A stretch of 64,000 nucleotides of DNA from Spirochaetia bacterium (GTDB taxonomy: Bacteria > Spirochaetota > Spirochaetia > SZUA-6 > Bin103), in NCBI GenBank assembly GCA_965208575.1, contig CBDBOV010000003.1, forward strand, positions 352,001-416,000, in the 5' to 3' direction. The notes under the pieces are model-generated. The model saw only the letters and a list, made by a program, of their open reading frames with translations. It searched no databases and was not told the DNA's origin. A program made the position numbers and the translations under genes. The first letter of the stretch is position 1; the number at the start of each line of letters is the position of its first letter. This document shows positions 9,321-20,292 of the stretch, in pieces.

Positions 9321-12300
9321 CAGCGAGCCTCCGCTGCTGCTGTCCGGCACGGCCGGCAGCGGCAAGACCACCATCGCCGTCTACTTCCTGTTGCGCCACC
9401 GCGTGCGACGGCTCGACGCGGCGGCCGGCGGGCGCCATGTGGCCGCGACGCTGCAAGGGTCGCCGTCGGCGCCGGAGCGGGCGCTGTTCCTGACCCACAG
9501 CGCCCAACTGAAGCGTTTTCGGAGCGGATGTATCGCGGCCTGGTGGCCGCCACCGACCTGGAAAAGGCTCCTCAGGCGGTGCGCTTCTCTACCTACCGGG
9601 AGCTGCTGGAGGAGATTCTGAGCCGCGCCGGACCGCGCGAACCGCACCGGCGGCCCGCGGGACTTGCCGAGTTTCGCGCCATCTTCCAGAACCACCCGGC
9701 AGCGGCGCGCTACGACGCCGAGCTGGTGTGGGAAGAGATTCGGGCGATCGTGAAGGGCGCGAAACCGCAGGTGAGCGGTCGCCGGTTCAGGGAGTTGGCG
9801 GCCCGCGCCGGCGCCGCCGCGGCTACCGGGCGGGAGCGCGCCGAGTTGGCGGAGTACGTGGTGCGGCTGGCCAACCTGGAGGCGGGATCCCGGCTCGACG
9901 CGATGCGCGCCCGCAGGACCTCGTTCGCGACACTGCGCGAGTTCGCGGCCTGCCTGCGCGGCGGAGACCTGTCGCGGCTGGACGAACAACAGTTCCTGCT
10001 CGATGCCGCGCTGCGCCTGGTCGAAAAGCAGTCCGCACGCCTGGGTCAGCCGCTGTTGACGCTGCGCGAGTACGAAGGGCTCGGAGCCAAGCGCGCGCCC
10101 AACTTTCCGTTCGAGCGGCAGGAGATCCACGCCTTGGCCGGGTACTACCAGGAACAGCTTGAAGCGGGCGGGTTGCACGACGAGATCGACTTGACCCGGG
10201 CGGCGCTGACCTACCTGGAGCGGCACGACGACCAGTTCCGATTCGACCTGGTGGTGTGCGATGAGGTACAGGACTTCACCGACCTGCAGTTGGCGCTGCT
10301 GTTTCGCCTTGCCGAGGATCCGCGCCGCACCGTGCTCACCGGTGACCCCAAGCAGATCATCAATCCGAGCGGGTTCCGCTGGCAGGAGGTGCGCGCCCGC
10401 TACTACGAGCGCGGCCTGCCGGTGCCGGAGATGGTCAACCTCAGCATCAACTTTCGCAGCGTTGGGAACATCGTCGGCCTTGCCAACGAGCTGCTGGTGC
10501 TGAAGCGGTCGCTGGTCGGCGCCGCGGCCGGCGAGATTACCGAACGCTGGATGTTCCGGGGGCGGCCGCCGCTGCTGGTCGAGGGGCTTGTCGAGCGCGA
10601 AGTGCTGGACGCCGTGCGCCGCGGCGGGGCGGGCCACGTGGTGCTGGTGCGCACGGCGGCGGAGCGCGATCGGCTGCGCGCGGCGTTGCAGTCGGAGCTT
10701 GTATTCACGATAGCCGACGCCAAGGGCCTGGAGTTCGACGCGGTACTCCTGTGGCGGTTCGCGGCCGCGGAAGGGGCGCCGGGACTGTGGCGGCGTATCG
10801 CCGCCGGACAGGTGCGCGGCGCCGCCGACGCTCCCCACATCCGCCACGAATTGAGCCTGCTGTATGTCGCGGTGTCGCGGGCGCGCAACACCCTGGTGAT
10901 CTGGGACGGCGAGACGGTCAGTCCGGTCTGGGGCATGGCGGCGCTGGCCACGCACGTCTACCGGTCACCGGACGCCGACGCCCTGGCCGCCACCTGGCAG
11001 CGGGTTTCGACGCCCGCCGAATGGGAGGCGCAGGGTGACTACTTCGCCGCGCGGGAGCACTACGCCGCCGCCGAAGAGTGCTACCGCAATGCCCAGGCCT
11101 CGGCCAAGGAGGAGGTGGCGCGCGCCCACCGCCTTGAACAGGAGGGAGAGCACCGCACCGCCGCCGGCCTGTTCGCCAGCCATGGCCGCGCCGAGCGGGC
11201 GGCGGCGAACCTGGAGCGGGTAGGGGAGTACCCGAATGCCGCCCGGCAGTGGCGCCGCGCCGGCGATGAGGAGCGTGCCGTTTCGTGCGAGGCGCGCCAC
11301 TACGAGGCGGCCGGCAACTTCAAGGCGGCCGCGAAGCGCTGGCGGCAACTGGGTGACGAGGCGGCGATGCTGCGCACCTGGGAACGCGGTCGCCAGTACC
11401 GGCAGATGGCGGCGTTCTACCGGGAGCGGAAGGTGAGCGGCGAGGCGGCGCGTTACCTGAAGCTGGCCGGCGACCATGCCGCAGCGGCGGTCGAGTTTCG
11501 CCGCGCCGGCATGCTGCAGCTTGCGGCGCAGGAGTTCGAGCGTGCGCGCGACTACAGGCGTGCGGCCGCACTGTACCGGCGGCTCGGAGACAGCGCCGCC
11601 CTGCTGCGCTGCCTGGGATCGATGCACGTCGGCGGCGCCCACGAAGCGGCGCTGGTGTACGAGGGCCAACGCAACTGGCAGAAAGCGGCCGAGCACTTCC
11701 GCCGCTACGCCGACAGCTCGCCGGAGGCGCGCGCCGACCTGGAACGGCGCCTGGCCACCATCACTCCCAAGCGCCCCGGCATGCGTGCGGCGGTACGCAT
11801 GGACGCCCTCGGACATCACCGGGGCGCGGCACCCATATACGAGCGCCACGGCCACTCGCTCCGCGCCGCGGAGCTGTACAGCGCGAGTGGCGAGCATGAA
11901 CCGGCGGCGCGCTGCCTGGCAGCCAGCGGCCGGCTCAAGGATGCCGCTCTGGAGGCACTGCGCGCACCCGCGGACAGCGCCCTCGATGTTGCGGTCGAGA
12001 ATCTGTACGGCTACGTGCTCGGCAACCCGGCGCCTGGAGCGCGGGTTGCGCAGGACAAGCAACTCGTGACACGGGTCGGCGAACTCGCGCGCGCAGCCGG
12101 GCGCCTGGCGCGTGCCGGCGAGCACCGGCGTGCACTGGCGCACTATCTTGCGCTGCGGAAACTGCCCTTGGAGGGGGACGCGTTCCGGGCCGAGTTGCTC
12201 GTCGCCTATGCCGGCCTGGAGCGCCATGGCGACGCGGTCGAACATTGCCTGCGGCAGGGTGCGCCCGGCGCGGCGCACGACTACCTGGACGAATATCCCG

Positions 12301-13091
12301 ACGCGGACTGGCCGATCGCCGAGGTGGAGCGGCTGGCACAGGGCGCGGACGGACGGCTCGGCGGCGTCGACAACGGCGACATCGCGGAGGTGCTGTTCCG
12401 GATCATGAATGCCTGCTTGCTGCGTGGCCGTGAGGCCGACCGACGGCCGCGCCTGACCGCCCTGCTGCGCGGCATGGCGCCGGAGTTCGCGTTCTGGACA
12501 CCTCTGTCCCGCGATTGCAGCGAGCTGCTGATCGCGCTGCGCAGCTACGATCACGTGCTGGGCGTGGTGGCGTACCTCTCTGTCTCCGGCATCGAATCCG
12601 CCGACCAGCGGTACTTTCTCGACCGGCTGCAAACAGTGGCGGAGGTCGAGCGGGACCGGGAGCTGGCGCTGTGTACGCTGCTCGGGGACGACGCGGCGTT
12701 CGAAGCGGCAATCGCCGATATCGAGCCGGCGCGGCACAATGTTGCGCTGTTTGCCGAGAGCGGCGCGCGCTACGGCGAGGCGGTCGCCATCCTGCTGGCT
12801 TCGGGCGAGGCCGGCGCCGCGGCGTCGGTCTGCCTGCAGCACGGAGACTTCGCCGAGGGCGGGCGCATCTACGAGCAGTCCGGAGACCTGCGACAGGCGG
12901 CGCGCACCTTTCGCGACGGTGAGCGGTACGACGATGCACGGCGCTGCTACGCGGCGCGCGGCGACGAGGCGGGGGTAGCACGGGTGTTCGAACGGGAGCG
13001 CCGCCATGACGAGGCGATGGCGATCTGGGAGCGCCTCGGCAGGAAGCGCGAAATCGAGCGCCTCGCCCGCAAGATGGCGCGCGGCGGATAG
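9321..13091 (+). pseudogene. C-terminal part of a UvrD/SF1 helicase with TPR-like repeats (IS-interrupted, 1-nt frameshift near 9516-9519)
   Basis: Walker A GTAGSGKT at 9346-9369, ALFLTHS, VCDEVQD, LTGDPKQ, INFRS, AKGLEFD, LYVAVSRAR, then many AA-Y-AG helical repeats; ORF 9528..13091 lacks Walker A because of the frameshift. Confidence 0.85.
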
Positions 13092-13097
13092 GCCGCG

Positions 13098-13730
13098 TCA
13101 GTTCCATCGGTAGCTGTACAGCCGCGCGCCGTTCAGCAGGAAGCGGATCTTCACGGTGTCCGGCAGCGCGCCGGGATCGCCGTTCCGCCAGCGCAGCTCG
13201 CCGTCCAGGTCGTCGCCCCGCAGCGGCACGCACCGTTCGCGCGAGAAGCCTTCGAGTACGCTGCCGTCGGCGCGGCACAGCTCCGCCGCCACGCTGCCGC
13301 GGCCGGCGTCCGCATTCACGACCAGCGTCCCGGCGCCGGCTGGGCGCGGCACCGCCCGGGTCGTGACCATGCCCGTCTGCGGAGCGTGCAGGGCGATGAA
13401 CCGGTCGCGCCGCCAGGTGGCGCGCGCCAGACACTTGACTCGCTTCTCCAGGTCGGTTTCGCCGTGCGTGTGCCGGCAGCCGGTGTAGTACCAGTGAATG
13501 TCGTCGCCCGCCACGACCGGTTCTTTGGCGGTGCCGATGATCATGCCGCGGTCGAAGCCGTCGCCGCGCGGGATCGCCGGCGTGCGCTCGCGGTCGGCGT
13601 GCTCCCACAGCACGCCGCTCTTGCGCCCGACCTGCACCTCGCGGTGGATGCCGCGCTGCTGCTCGATCAGCGTGGGATCCAGCAGCAGGACGCTCTCGCC
13701 GGCACGGCCTTCAGCGTTCATGGCGCCCAT
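13098..13730 (-). CDS. Hypothetical protein resembling an internally deleted beta-propeller glycoside hydrolase-like protein
   Basis: IHWYYTG, ATWRRDRFIAL, LVVNADA, LEGFSRERC, KIRFLLNGARLYSY match the C-terminus of a common uncharacterised GH-like family; much shorter than usual. Confidence 0.55.
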   Translation of the reverse strand: MGAMNAEGRAGESVLLLDPTLIEQQRGIHREVQVGRKSGVLWEHADRERTPAIPRGDGFDRGMIIGTAKEPVVAGDDIHWYYTGCRHTHGETDLEKRVKCLARATWRRDRFIALHAPQTGMVTTRAVPRPAGAGTLVVNADAGRGSVAAELCRADGSVLEGFSRERCVPLRGDDLDGELRWRNGDPGALPDTVKIRFLLNGARLYSYRWN

Positions 13731-13756
13731 TATGACCGATCCGGCTCACGCCGGCG

Positions 13757-15118
13757 TCAACCTCGGGCGTCGCGAGCTGGAGCACCGCCGCCGCTGCCGG
13801 CCCGCCGCCGTGCCACGCGCGGGTCCGCCACGCCGAAGCGCAGCACCAGCCAGCCGGCCAGCGACAGCACCACGCCGGCCGCGAACACCGCCCGGTAGTT
13901 CACCGTGTCGATCAGCCACCCGCCGGCAATCGGCGCCGCCAGGGCGGGCACGGCCAGCAGGGTGGTGGTGAGCGCGGTGTAGGTGGCCACGCGGCCGGCG
14001 GCGCCCAGGTCCATGGCCAGGCTCGGTCGAGACACCCTGATGCCGGCGTCGGCCAGGGAGAGGAGGGCAAAGGCGGCATACATCCACGCCGCCGCCGGCG
14101 CCACCAGCACCACCACGCCGGCCGCCGCGCACAGCAACGCCGCCACCTCGATGGCGGCCCGGTGTCCGAAGCGGTCGCCCCACCAGCCGATCAGCGGCGT
14201 GCCGACCGCCTGGCTGATCAGCGCCGCCACGGTAAGGGTGGCGGCGAAGGCGTCGCTGATGGCAAACGCCTCGCGCGCGTAGATCACGTAGAAGGTCACG
14301 CCCAGTGCGCCGAAGATCACCAGGAGCTGGCTCAGCAGGAAGCGCGCGAAGTTGTGATCGCGGCGCAGCACGGCCGGCAGTTCGCGCAGGTAGGCGCCCA
14401 GGCGCACGCGGGCCCGCTCGGGGGTGTGCGCCGGCTCGCGGTTGAAGGTCAGGAAGGTCCAGGAGATCGCCTGGCCGGCGAAGGCGAGCAGAAAGCAGGC
14501 GGCGAACGACCGCGGATAGGGCATGGTGTCCAGGATGTGCCGCGCCAGCAACGCGCCGCCGGCGCCCATCAGGGCTCCGATGGCGGCGCCGAGGCCGAAC
14601 ATCATCCCCTTGCGGTCCGGGTGGATGATCTTCGCCAGCATGGCGCGCCACGCCGGCGACGCCACGCCCACCGCGCCCTGGCCGACCAGCAGCATCGCCA
14701 CCAGGAAGAGGTAGGAGAACCACGCCGGGGCGACCGGCCACAGCAGGATGCCCAGCCCCAGCACCAGCCACGGCACGCGCTCGAACACGCTGATGCGCAC
14801 GATCCACGGCTTTTTGCGCGCCAGCGACTCGGCGCGCGCGGCCATGAGGAGCTGCGGAAGGTGGGAGGCGACCAGGTAAACCGCCGGGATCAGCCCGATC
14901 AGCACCCGCGACTCGGTCAGGTAGCTGACATACAGCGGCAGGATGGTCGAGATGAAGACGAAGCTGCCGGCCAGGTTGACGAACGACAGGTCCCCGACGT
15001 TGACCCAGAAGTTCCAGCGCCCGTTGCGCCGGACGAGGTTCCGGTACGCGCGGTCGCCGGCCGGATCGGCTGGCCGGCCGTCGTGTCCGCCGGGATCGGG
15101 AGGGCTCTCGTTCATCAC
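13757..15118 (-). CDS. MFS transporter
   Basis: About 12 hydrophobic segments, GWWGDRFGHR motif. Confidence 0.85.
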   Translation of the reverse strand: MMNESPPDPGGHDGRPADPAGDRAYRNLVRRNGRWNFWVNVGDLSFVNLAGSFVFISTILPLYVSYLTESRVLIGLIPAVYLVASHLPQLLMAARAESLARKKPWIVRISVFERVPWLVLGLGILLWPVAPAWFSYLFLVAMLLVGQGAVGVASPAWRAMLAKIIHPDRKGMMFGLGAAIGALMGAGGALLARHILDTMPYPRSFAACFLLAFAGQAISWTFLTFNREPAHTPERARVRLGAYLRELPAVLRRDHNFARFLLSQLLVIFGALGVTFYVIYAREAFAISDAFAATLTVAALISQAVGTPLIGWWGDRFGHRAAIEVAALLCAAAGVVVLVAPAAAWMYAAFALLSLADAGIRVSRPSLAMDLGAAGRVATYTALTTTLLAVPALAAPIAGGWLIDTVNYRAVFAAGVVLSLAGWLVLRFGVADPRVARRRAGSGGGAPARDARG

Positions 15119-15143
15119 GCCCGCCGGCGGCTCGGCGCGCCGG

Positions 15144-16316
15144 TCAGGAGGCTACCGTCTCCCACGCCCCGCTGTCCCATGAACGCGCCGCCGCCTGCTG
15201 CACGCGCGCCACCGCCGCGGCCGCGGCCAGCGATCCACGCCCCGGCGTGCCGGCCGCAACCGCGCTGAGAAACTCCGCCAGCTCGATGGTAAGCGTGTCG
15301 TCGTAGCCGATGCCGATGCCGGCGCCGGGGTTGAAGCGGCCGTGGTACGGGTGCTGAGGCCCGCCGATGGCGGTGGTGAAGCCGTCGCCGGCCGCGCCGT
15401 CGCCGTCGCCGCCGGCCAGGCGTACCTGCAGCTCGTTGAGGCGCTCGAAGTCCCAGGCCAGTGCGCCGCGCCGCCCGTTCACCTCGAACGCCATCTGGCA
15501 CTCCGGTCCGAAGATCACCCGGCACGCCTCCAGGGTGCCGCGCGCGCCGCCGGCGAACTCCACCAGCATGCCGACGTAGTCCTCGTTGGAGACCGGGCCG
15601 GTGGGACCGCCCGCCCTGGCGGAGAAGTGGGTGCCCTCGCCGGGCGTGGCCAGGGGTCGTTCGGCGATGAAGGTGTGGCGCTGGCTCACCACGCGCCGGA
15701 TCGGCCCGGCGATGAAGTGGGCCATGTCGACCACGTGCGAGATCAGGTCGGCCAGGGTGCCGCTGCCGGCCTGCTCGCGCCGGAAGCGCCACGAAAGCAC
15801 GCCGTTCGGGTCGCGCCCGTAGCCGCTGAAGAAGCGCCCCCGGTAGTGGGTCAGCTCGCCGAGCCTGCCGGCTTCGATCAGCCGCCGCGCATGCTGCACC
15901 ATCGGCGCGAACACGTAGTTGTAGCCCACCCCGCTGACCACGCCGGCGCGCTCCGCCGCCGCCGCCACCGCGAGCGTGTCCTCCGGGCTGCGTCCGACCG
16001 GCTTCTCGCAGAACACGTGCTTGCCGGCGGCGACCGCCGCCTCCGCCATGGTACGGTGCAGGAAGTTGGGCGCCGTCACGTCCACGACGTCGACGTCCGG
16101 TGCGGCAACCGCCTCGCGCCAGTCGGCGGTGGTGCGCGCGAACCCGTAGCCGCGCTGCGCCGCCTGCCGCCGCGCCGCCACCTCGTCCGCGCACACCACC
16201 AGCCGCGGCTCCAGTCCGCGGTCGGCAAACCGATGCCGAGCCTGCAGATAGGCGCGGCTGTGCGCCTCTCCCATCCAGCCCATCCCGATCACCGCGATGC
16301 CCAGCTTGCTGCTCAT
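15144..16316 (-). CDS. Gfo/Idh/MocA family oxidoreductase (inositol dehydrogenase-like)
   Basis: IGMGWMGEAH, GKHVFCEKP, DLISH; start MSSKLG at 16316. Confidence 0.9.
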   Translation of the reverse strand: MSSKLGIAVIGMGWMGEAHSRAYLQARHRFADRGLEPRLVVCADEVAARRQAAQRGYGFARTTADWREAVAAPDVDVVDVTAPNFLHRTMAEAAVAAGKHVFCEKPVGRSPEDTLAVAAAAERAGVVSGVGYNYVFAPMVQHARRLIEAGRLGELTHYRGRFFSGYGRDPNGVLSWRFRREQAGSGTLADLISHVVDMAHFIAGPIRRVVSQRHTFIAERPLATPGEGTHFSARAGGPTGPVSNEDYVGMLVEFAGGARGTLEACRVIFGPECQMAFEVNGRRGALAWDFERLNELQVRLAGGDGDGAAGDGFTTAIGGPQHPYHGRFNPGAGIGIGYDDTLTIELAEFLSAVAAGTPGRGSLAAAAAVARVQQAAARSWDSGAWETVAS

Positions 16317-16394
16317 CCTGGCAGTATATTCGCACATACCGGGCGTGCCGATCCGCCGGGGTTAGCTTGCGCCAGCCGTGCCGCGGAGTTGTGA

Positions 16395-16811
<417 letters not shown>

Positions 16812-16891
16812 GCACCTGACGGCCGGCGGCGGCCGTGCGCCTCGAATTCCGGAGCTTGTCGACGATGCAAGGATCAGCAACGGCGCCGGAG

Positions 16892-17878
16892 ATGGCGTAT
16901 GCTACGGGCGTGGTGAAGGAACTGAGGGTGGCGCTCGTGGGTTGCGGGCCGCGCGCGCACAGCCATGCGCGCCTGGTCGAGAGGACGGACGGTGTGCGCC
17001 TGGAGGCGGTATGCGATCCCTTGGCTGCGCCGCGTGGCACGATGGCGGATGAGTTTGGCATTGGTCGCCGTTACGAGCGGATCGACGAGATGCTGGAGGC
17101 CGTGACACCGGATGCGGTGCTGGTCAACGTGCCGCCGCACGTGAATGCCAAGGCGGCGATGGTGTGCCTGGAGGCGGGGGTCGACACCCTGGTGGAGAAG
17201 CCGCCGGGGCTGCACGTGGCCGAGACCCGTGCCCTGCGCGCGGCGGCGGCGCGCAGCGGTGCGCGCTGCATGGTGGGGTTCAACAGGCGCTTCAACCCGC
17301 TGATCCGGGAGGCGAAGCGGCGCGTCGCCGAACGGGGCGCGCCGGTGACCGTGGTCGGGGCGTTTCACAAGAACCTGGTCGAGCTCGAACGGCAGGGGAA
17401 GCTCGCCGAGCCGACGCTGGCGCGGTACTTCTACGAGACGCCGATTCACGCCCTGGACTGCGTGCGCTGGCTGGCCGGCTCCCCGGTGCGGGAGGTGCAC
17501 AGCTTCTCGCGGCGGGCGGTGTCGCGCCACCGCGATGCGTTCGGGGCGGTGATGCAATGCGACAACGGGTGCATCGTGCACTTGGTCGCCAACATCACCG
17601 CCGGCGCGCGGCTGGAGCGGTACGAGATTCACGGCGCCGGCATCTCCGCTTACCTGGAAGGGGTCAAGCGCGGACACGTGGTGGCGGACGGCGAGGAGAC
17701 CGAGCTTGCCGGCCCGGGCACCGGCACCGGAGCCGAAACCGGCGGCGGCGGCACCCTGGAGCAGGACCGCTACTTCTTCGACTGCATCCGCAACGACCGG
17801 CCCCTCGCGCTCCCGGCCTGCGACCTGGACGAGGCGGTCGCCACCATGGAACTGATGGCAGCCATCCACGGCGACTGA
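16892..17878 (+). CDS. Gfo/Idh/MocA family oxidoreductase
   Basis: VALVGCG, TLVEKPPG, MVGFNRRF, IHALD; start uncertain (16835-16911). Confidence 0.88.
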   Translation: MAYATGVVKELRVALVGCGPRAHSHARLVERTDGVRLEAVCDPLAAPRGTMADEFGIGRRYERIDEMLEAVTPDAVLVNVPPHVNAKAAMVCLEAGVDTLVEKPPGLHVAETRALRAAAARSGARCMVGFNRRFNPLIREAKRRVAERGAPVTVVGAFHKNLVELERQGKLAEPTLARYFYETPIHALDCVRWLAGSPVREVHSFSRRAVSRHRDAFGAVMQCDNGCIVHLVANITAGARLERYEIHGAGISAYLEGVKRGHVVADGEETELAGPGTGTGAETGGGGTLEQDRYFFDCIRNDRPLALPACDLDEAVATMELMAAIHGD

Positions 17879-18055
17879 TCCGGGCGCGGCGCCGGGCAGG
17901 CGGCTTCCCGCGCGCCGCCGGGCAGGGAGGTGGCCGCCGGATCGAGCCGCCGTCAGCCCCCGGCCCGGCCGCCAGCATCGCGCGCCGTGCTTCGTCCGCC
18001 GTATGGGCGGCCGCTTCGGGCTACCCCGGCAATTGGCGGCACCGGCACCGCCGGG

Positions 18056-19801
18056 TCAGCGCGCGACGGCCGTGGCGACCGCTGATACCGCGGGGGCGAG
18101 CACGGCGGGCTCGTCCGGCTCGGCGGCCGCCTGCGCGGCGATGCTGCGGTTGAGCGCGGATATGAGCGCCAGCGCCGAGGCCTTGGCGATGTTCGGGTTG
18201 GTACCGGCGCCGAAGCACTGCACGCCGCTGCCGGAGGCGATCTGGATGTAGGCGATGGCGGTGGAGTCGGTGCCCTGGCCGAGGGAGTGCTCGCTGTAGT
18301 GGGTAAGGCGAAAATCGGCCAGCCCCGCCGTCCCGAGGGCGTCCTTGAGCGCGTCGATCGGTCCGTTGCCGCTCCCCTCCAGCACCATCTCCACGCCATC
18401 GCGGGCGATGGTCAGCACCCCGTCCATGCGCGAGCTGTCATCGGCCGCGGTGGCGATGGCGTAGTCGATGAATCGCACCGGCTGATCGGCTTCCAGGTAC
18501 TCGGTCTCGAACGCCTGCCAGATCTCCTGTGCCTCCACCTCGCGTCCGGTGCGGTCGGTGAGGGCCTGCACCACCTGGCCGAACTCCGGCTGCATCGTCT
18601 TGGGCAGCAGGCAGCCGAACTCGGTCTCCATGACGTACGCCACGCCGCCCTTGCCGGACTGCGAGTTGATGCGAATGATCGCCTGGTAGGAGCGCCCGAC
18701 GTCGGTGGGGTCGATCGGCAGGTAGGGCACCGCCCACAGGGCGCCCGCTCCGTTGCCCTGCGCCGTCATGCCCTTGTTGATGGCGTCCTGGTGGGAGCCG
18801 GAAAAGGCGGTGAACACCAGCTCCCCGGCGTAGGGATGGCGCGCGCCTACCGGAATGTCGGTACAGTAATCGGATACCTCGATCAGGCGGCCGAGGTCGT
18901 GCAGGTCGAGTCCCGGATCGACCCCCTGGGTGTACAGGTTGAGCCCGACGGTGACGATGTCCACGTTGCCGGTGCGCTCGCCGTTGCCGAACAGCGTGCC
19001 TTCCACCCGCTCCGCACCCGCCATCAGGCCCAGTTCGGTGGCCGCCACGCCGGTGCCGCGGTCGTTGTGGGTGTGCAGGCTGAGGATGATGCTGTCGCGG
19101 CGCCGCACGTGGCGCAGGAACCACTCGATCTGGTCGGCGTACACGTTGGGCGTGGCCAGTTCCACCGTGGCCGGCAGGTTGATGATGATGCGCCGCTCGG
19201 GACTCGGATCCCATGCCTCGATCACGGCGTCGCATATCTCCACGGCGAAGTCGAGCTCGGTGCCGGTGAAGCTCTCCGGAGAGTACTCGTACACCACCTC
19301 GGTGTCGGTCCGCTCCGCCAGTTCCCGCACCAGCCGGGTGCCGTCCACCGCTATGGCGCGGATTTCCGCCCGGTCCATGCCGAACACCACGCGCCGCTGC
19401 AGCGTGGAGGTGGAGTTGTACAGGTGCACGACGGCCCGCGGCGTGCCCTCGATCGCCTCGAAGGTGCGCCGGATCAGGTGGTCGCGCGCCTGGGTGAGCA
19501 CCTGCGGGTAGACGTCGCCGGGGATCAGGCCGCGCTCGATCAGGGTGCGCGTGAATTCGAACTCCACCGCCGCGGCGGACGGGAATCCGATCTCGATCTC
19601 CTTGAAGCCGATGTCGGTCAGCAGGCGGAACATGCGCAGCTTCTGCTCCAGGTTCATCGGGTTAATCAACGCCTGGTTGCCGTCGCGCAGATCGACGCTG
19701 CACCAGATCGGCGCCTGCTCGATGGTACGGTTCGGCCACCGGCGGTCCGGCAGGTCGATGACCGGAAAGGGTCGGTACTTGGTGATCGTTCCTCGCTGCA
19801 T
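18056..19801 (-). CDS. leuA: 2-isopropylmalate synthase (yeast/actinobacterial-type LeuA)
   Basis: WCSVDLRDGNQAL, YSPESFTGTE, LHTHNDRG, GNGERTGN, IRINSQSGKGG; AAGGAG RBS before ATG 19801. Confidence 0.96.
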   Translation of the reverse strand: MQRGTITKYRPFPVIDLPDRRWPNRTIEQAPIWCSVDLRDGNQALINPMNLEQKLRMFRLLTDIGFKEIEIGFPSAAAVEFEFTRTLIERGLIPGDVYPQVLTQARDHLIRRTFEAIEGTPRAVVHLYNSTSTLQRRVVFGMDRAEIRAIAVDGTRLVRELAERTDTEVVYEYSPESFTGTELDFAVEICDAVIEAWDPSPERRIIINLPATVELATPNVYADQIEWFLRHVRRRDSIILSLHTHNDRGTGVAATELGLMAGAERVEGTLFGNGERTGNVDIVTVGLNLYTQGVDPGLDLHDLGRLIEVSDYCTDIPVGARHPYAGELVFTAFSGSHQDAINKGMTAQGNGAGALWAVPYLPIDPTDVGRSYQAIIRINSQSGKGGVAYVMETEFGCLLPKTMQPEFGQVVQALTDRTGREVEAQEIWQAFETEYLEADQPVRFIDYAIATAADDSSRMDGVLTIARDGVEMVLEGSGNGPIDALKDALGTAGLADFRLTHYSEHSLGQGTDSTAIAYIQIASGSGVQCFGAGTNPNIAKASALALISALNRSIAAQAAAEPDEPAVLAPAVSAVATAVAR

Positions 19802-19840
19802 GGGGTTCTCCTTATTTTCTTCCATCGGCGAAAAATGGCG

Positions 19841-19890
19841 AAAAAAAAGCCCAGGTTCGCAGTTGAGCGCGTCAACTGTGAGCCTGGGCT
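19841..19890 (-). terminator. Intrinsic terminator of the leuA attenuator
   Basis: Minus strand AGCCCAGGCTCACAGTTGA-CGCGC-TCAACTGCGAACCTGGGCT followed by a T run, between leader ORF and leuA. Confidence 0.88.
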
Positions 19891-19913
19891 GCGGCTTTTG
19901 CTCTACGCCGTCG

Positions 19914-20015
19914 CTACATGCGGTCCCCGGCGGAGCACGCGACAACCCAGGCCGGTAGGCCCAGGAGGGTGAGAAGCAGGTTGCGTAGCAATGTATCAAG
20001 CCGCCGCGTGTCCAT
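19914..20015 (-). CDS. Leu-rich leader peptide (33 aa) of the leuA attenuator
   Basis: MDTRRLDTLLRNLLLTLLGLPAWVVACSAGDRM*; 9 Leu among residues 6-20. Confidence 0.8.
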   Translation of the reverse strand: MDTRRLDTLLRNLLLTLLGLPAWVVACSAGDRM

Positions 20016-20082
20016 ACCGAAGTCCGCGCCTAACCTACCACGCCAACTCCCGGCAGGCAAGTACCCGTCTCCCCCTCCCTAG

Positions 20083-20292
20083 CGTGAGTGGGTCGGAAGG
20101 ATCGAAGAGGGGATACTTCGAGTAGTATTGAGGAAGCTGTCCGGCACGGCGCTCGATATATTCAGTGTATACACTGATCCTCTCAAGAGGAGAGTCCACT
20201 TCCGTGAACGTATCTTGTTTCATGATAACAACTTATCTGGATGAACCAGAGGATCCCGCGGTCAAATCAACGGGATAAGTAGGAAGGTCAGG
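20083..20292 (-). mobile_element. 210-bp internally deleted derivative of the IS1634 at 30392-32465
   Basis: Near-identical to the first ~208 bp of that IS, ends in ACTCACG like its right end, flanked by CTAG at 20079-20082 and 20293-20296. Confidence 0.9.

Noticed and set aside
19802-19999. N-terminal extension of LeuA, or a T-box riboswitch
   Set aside because: The region is the attenuator hairpin, the RBS precedes ATG 19801, and no T-box consensus was seen.
20035-20223. Small duplicated gene MKQD.FTEVDSPLER (also 30461-30643)
   Set aside because: Similarity is explained by the shared IS left end; the two ORFs end differently and show no coding evidence.
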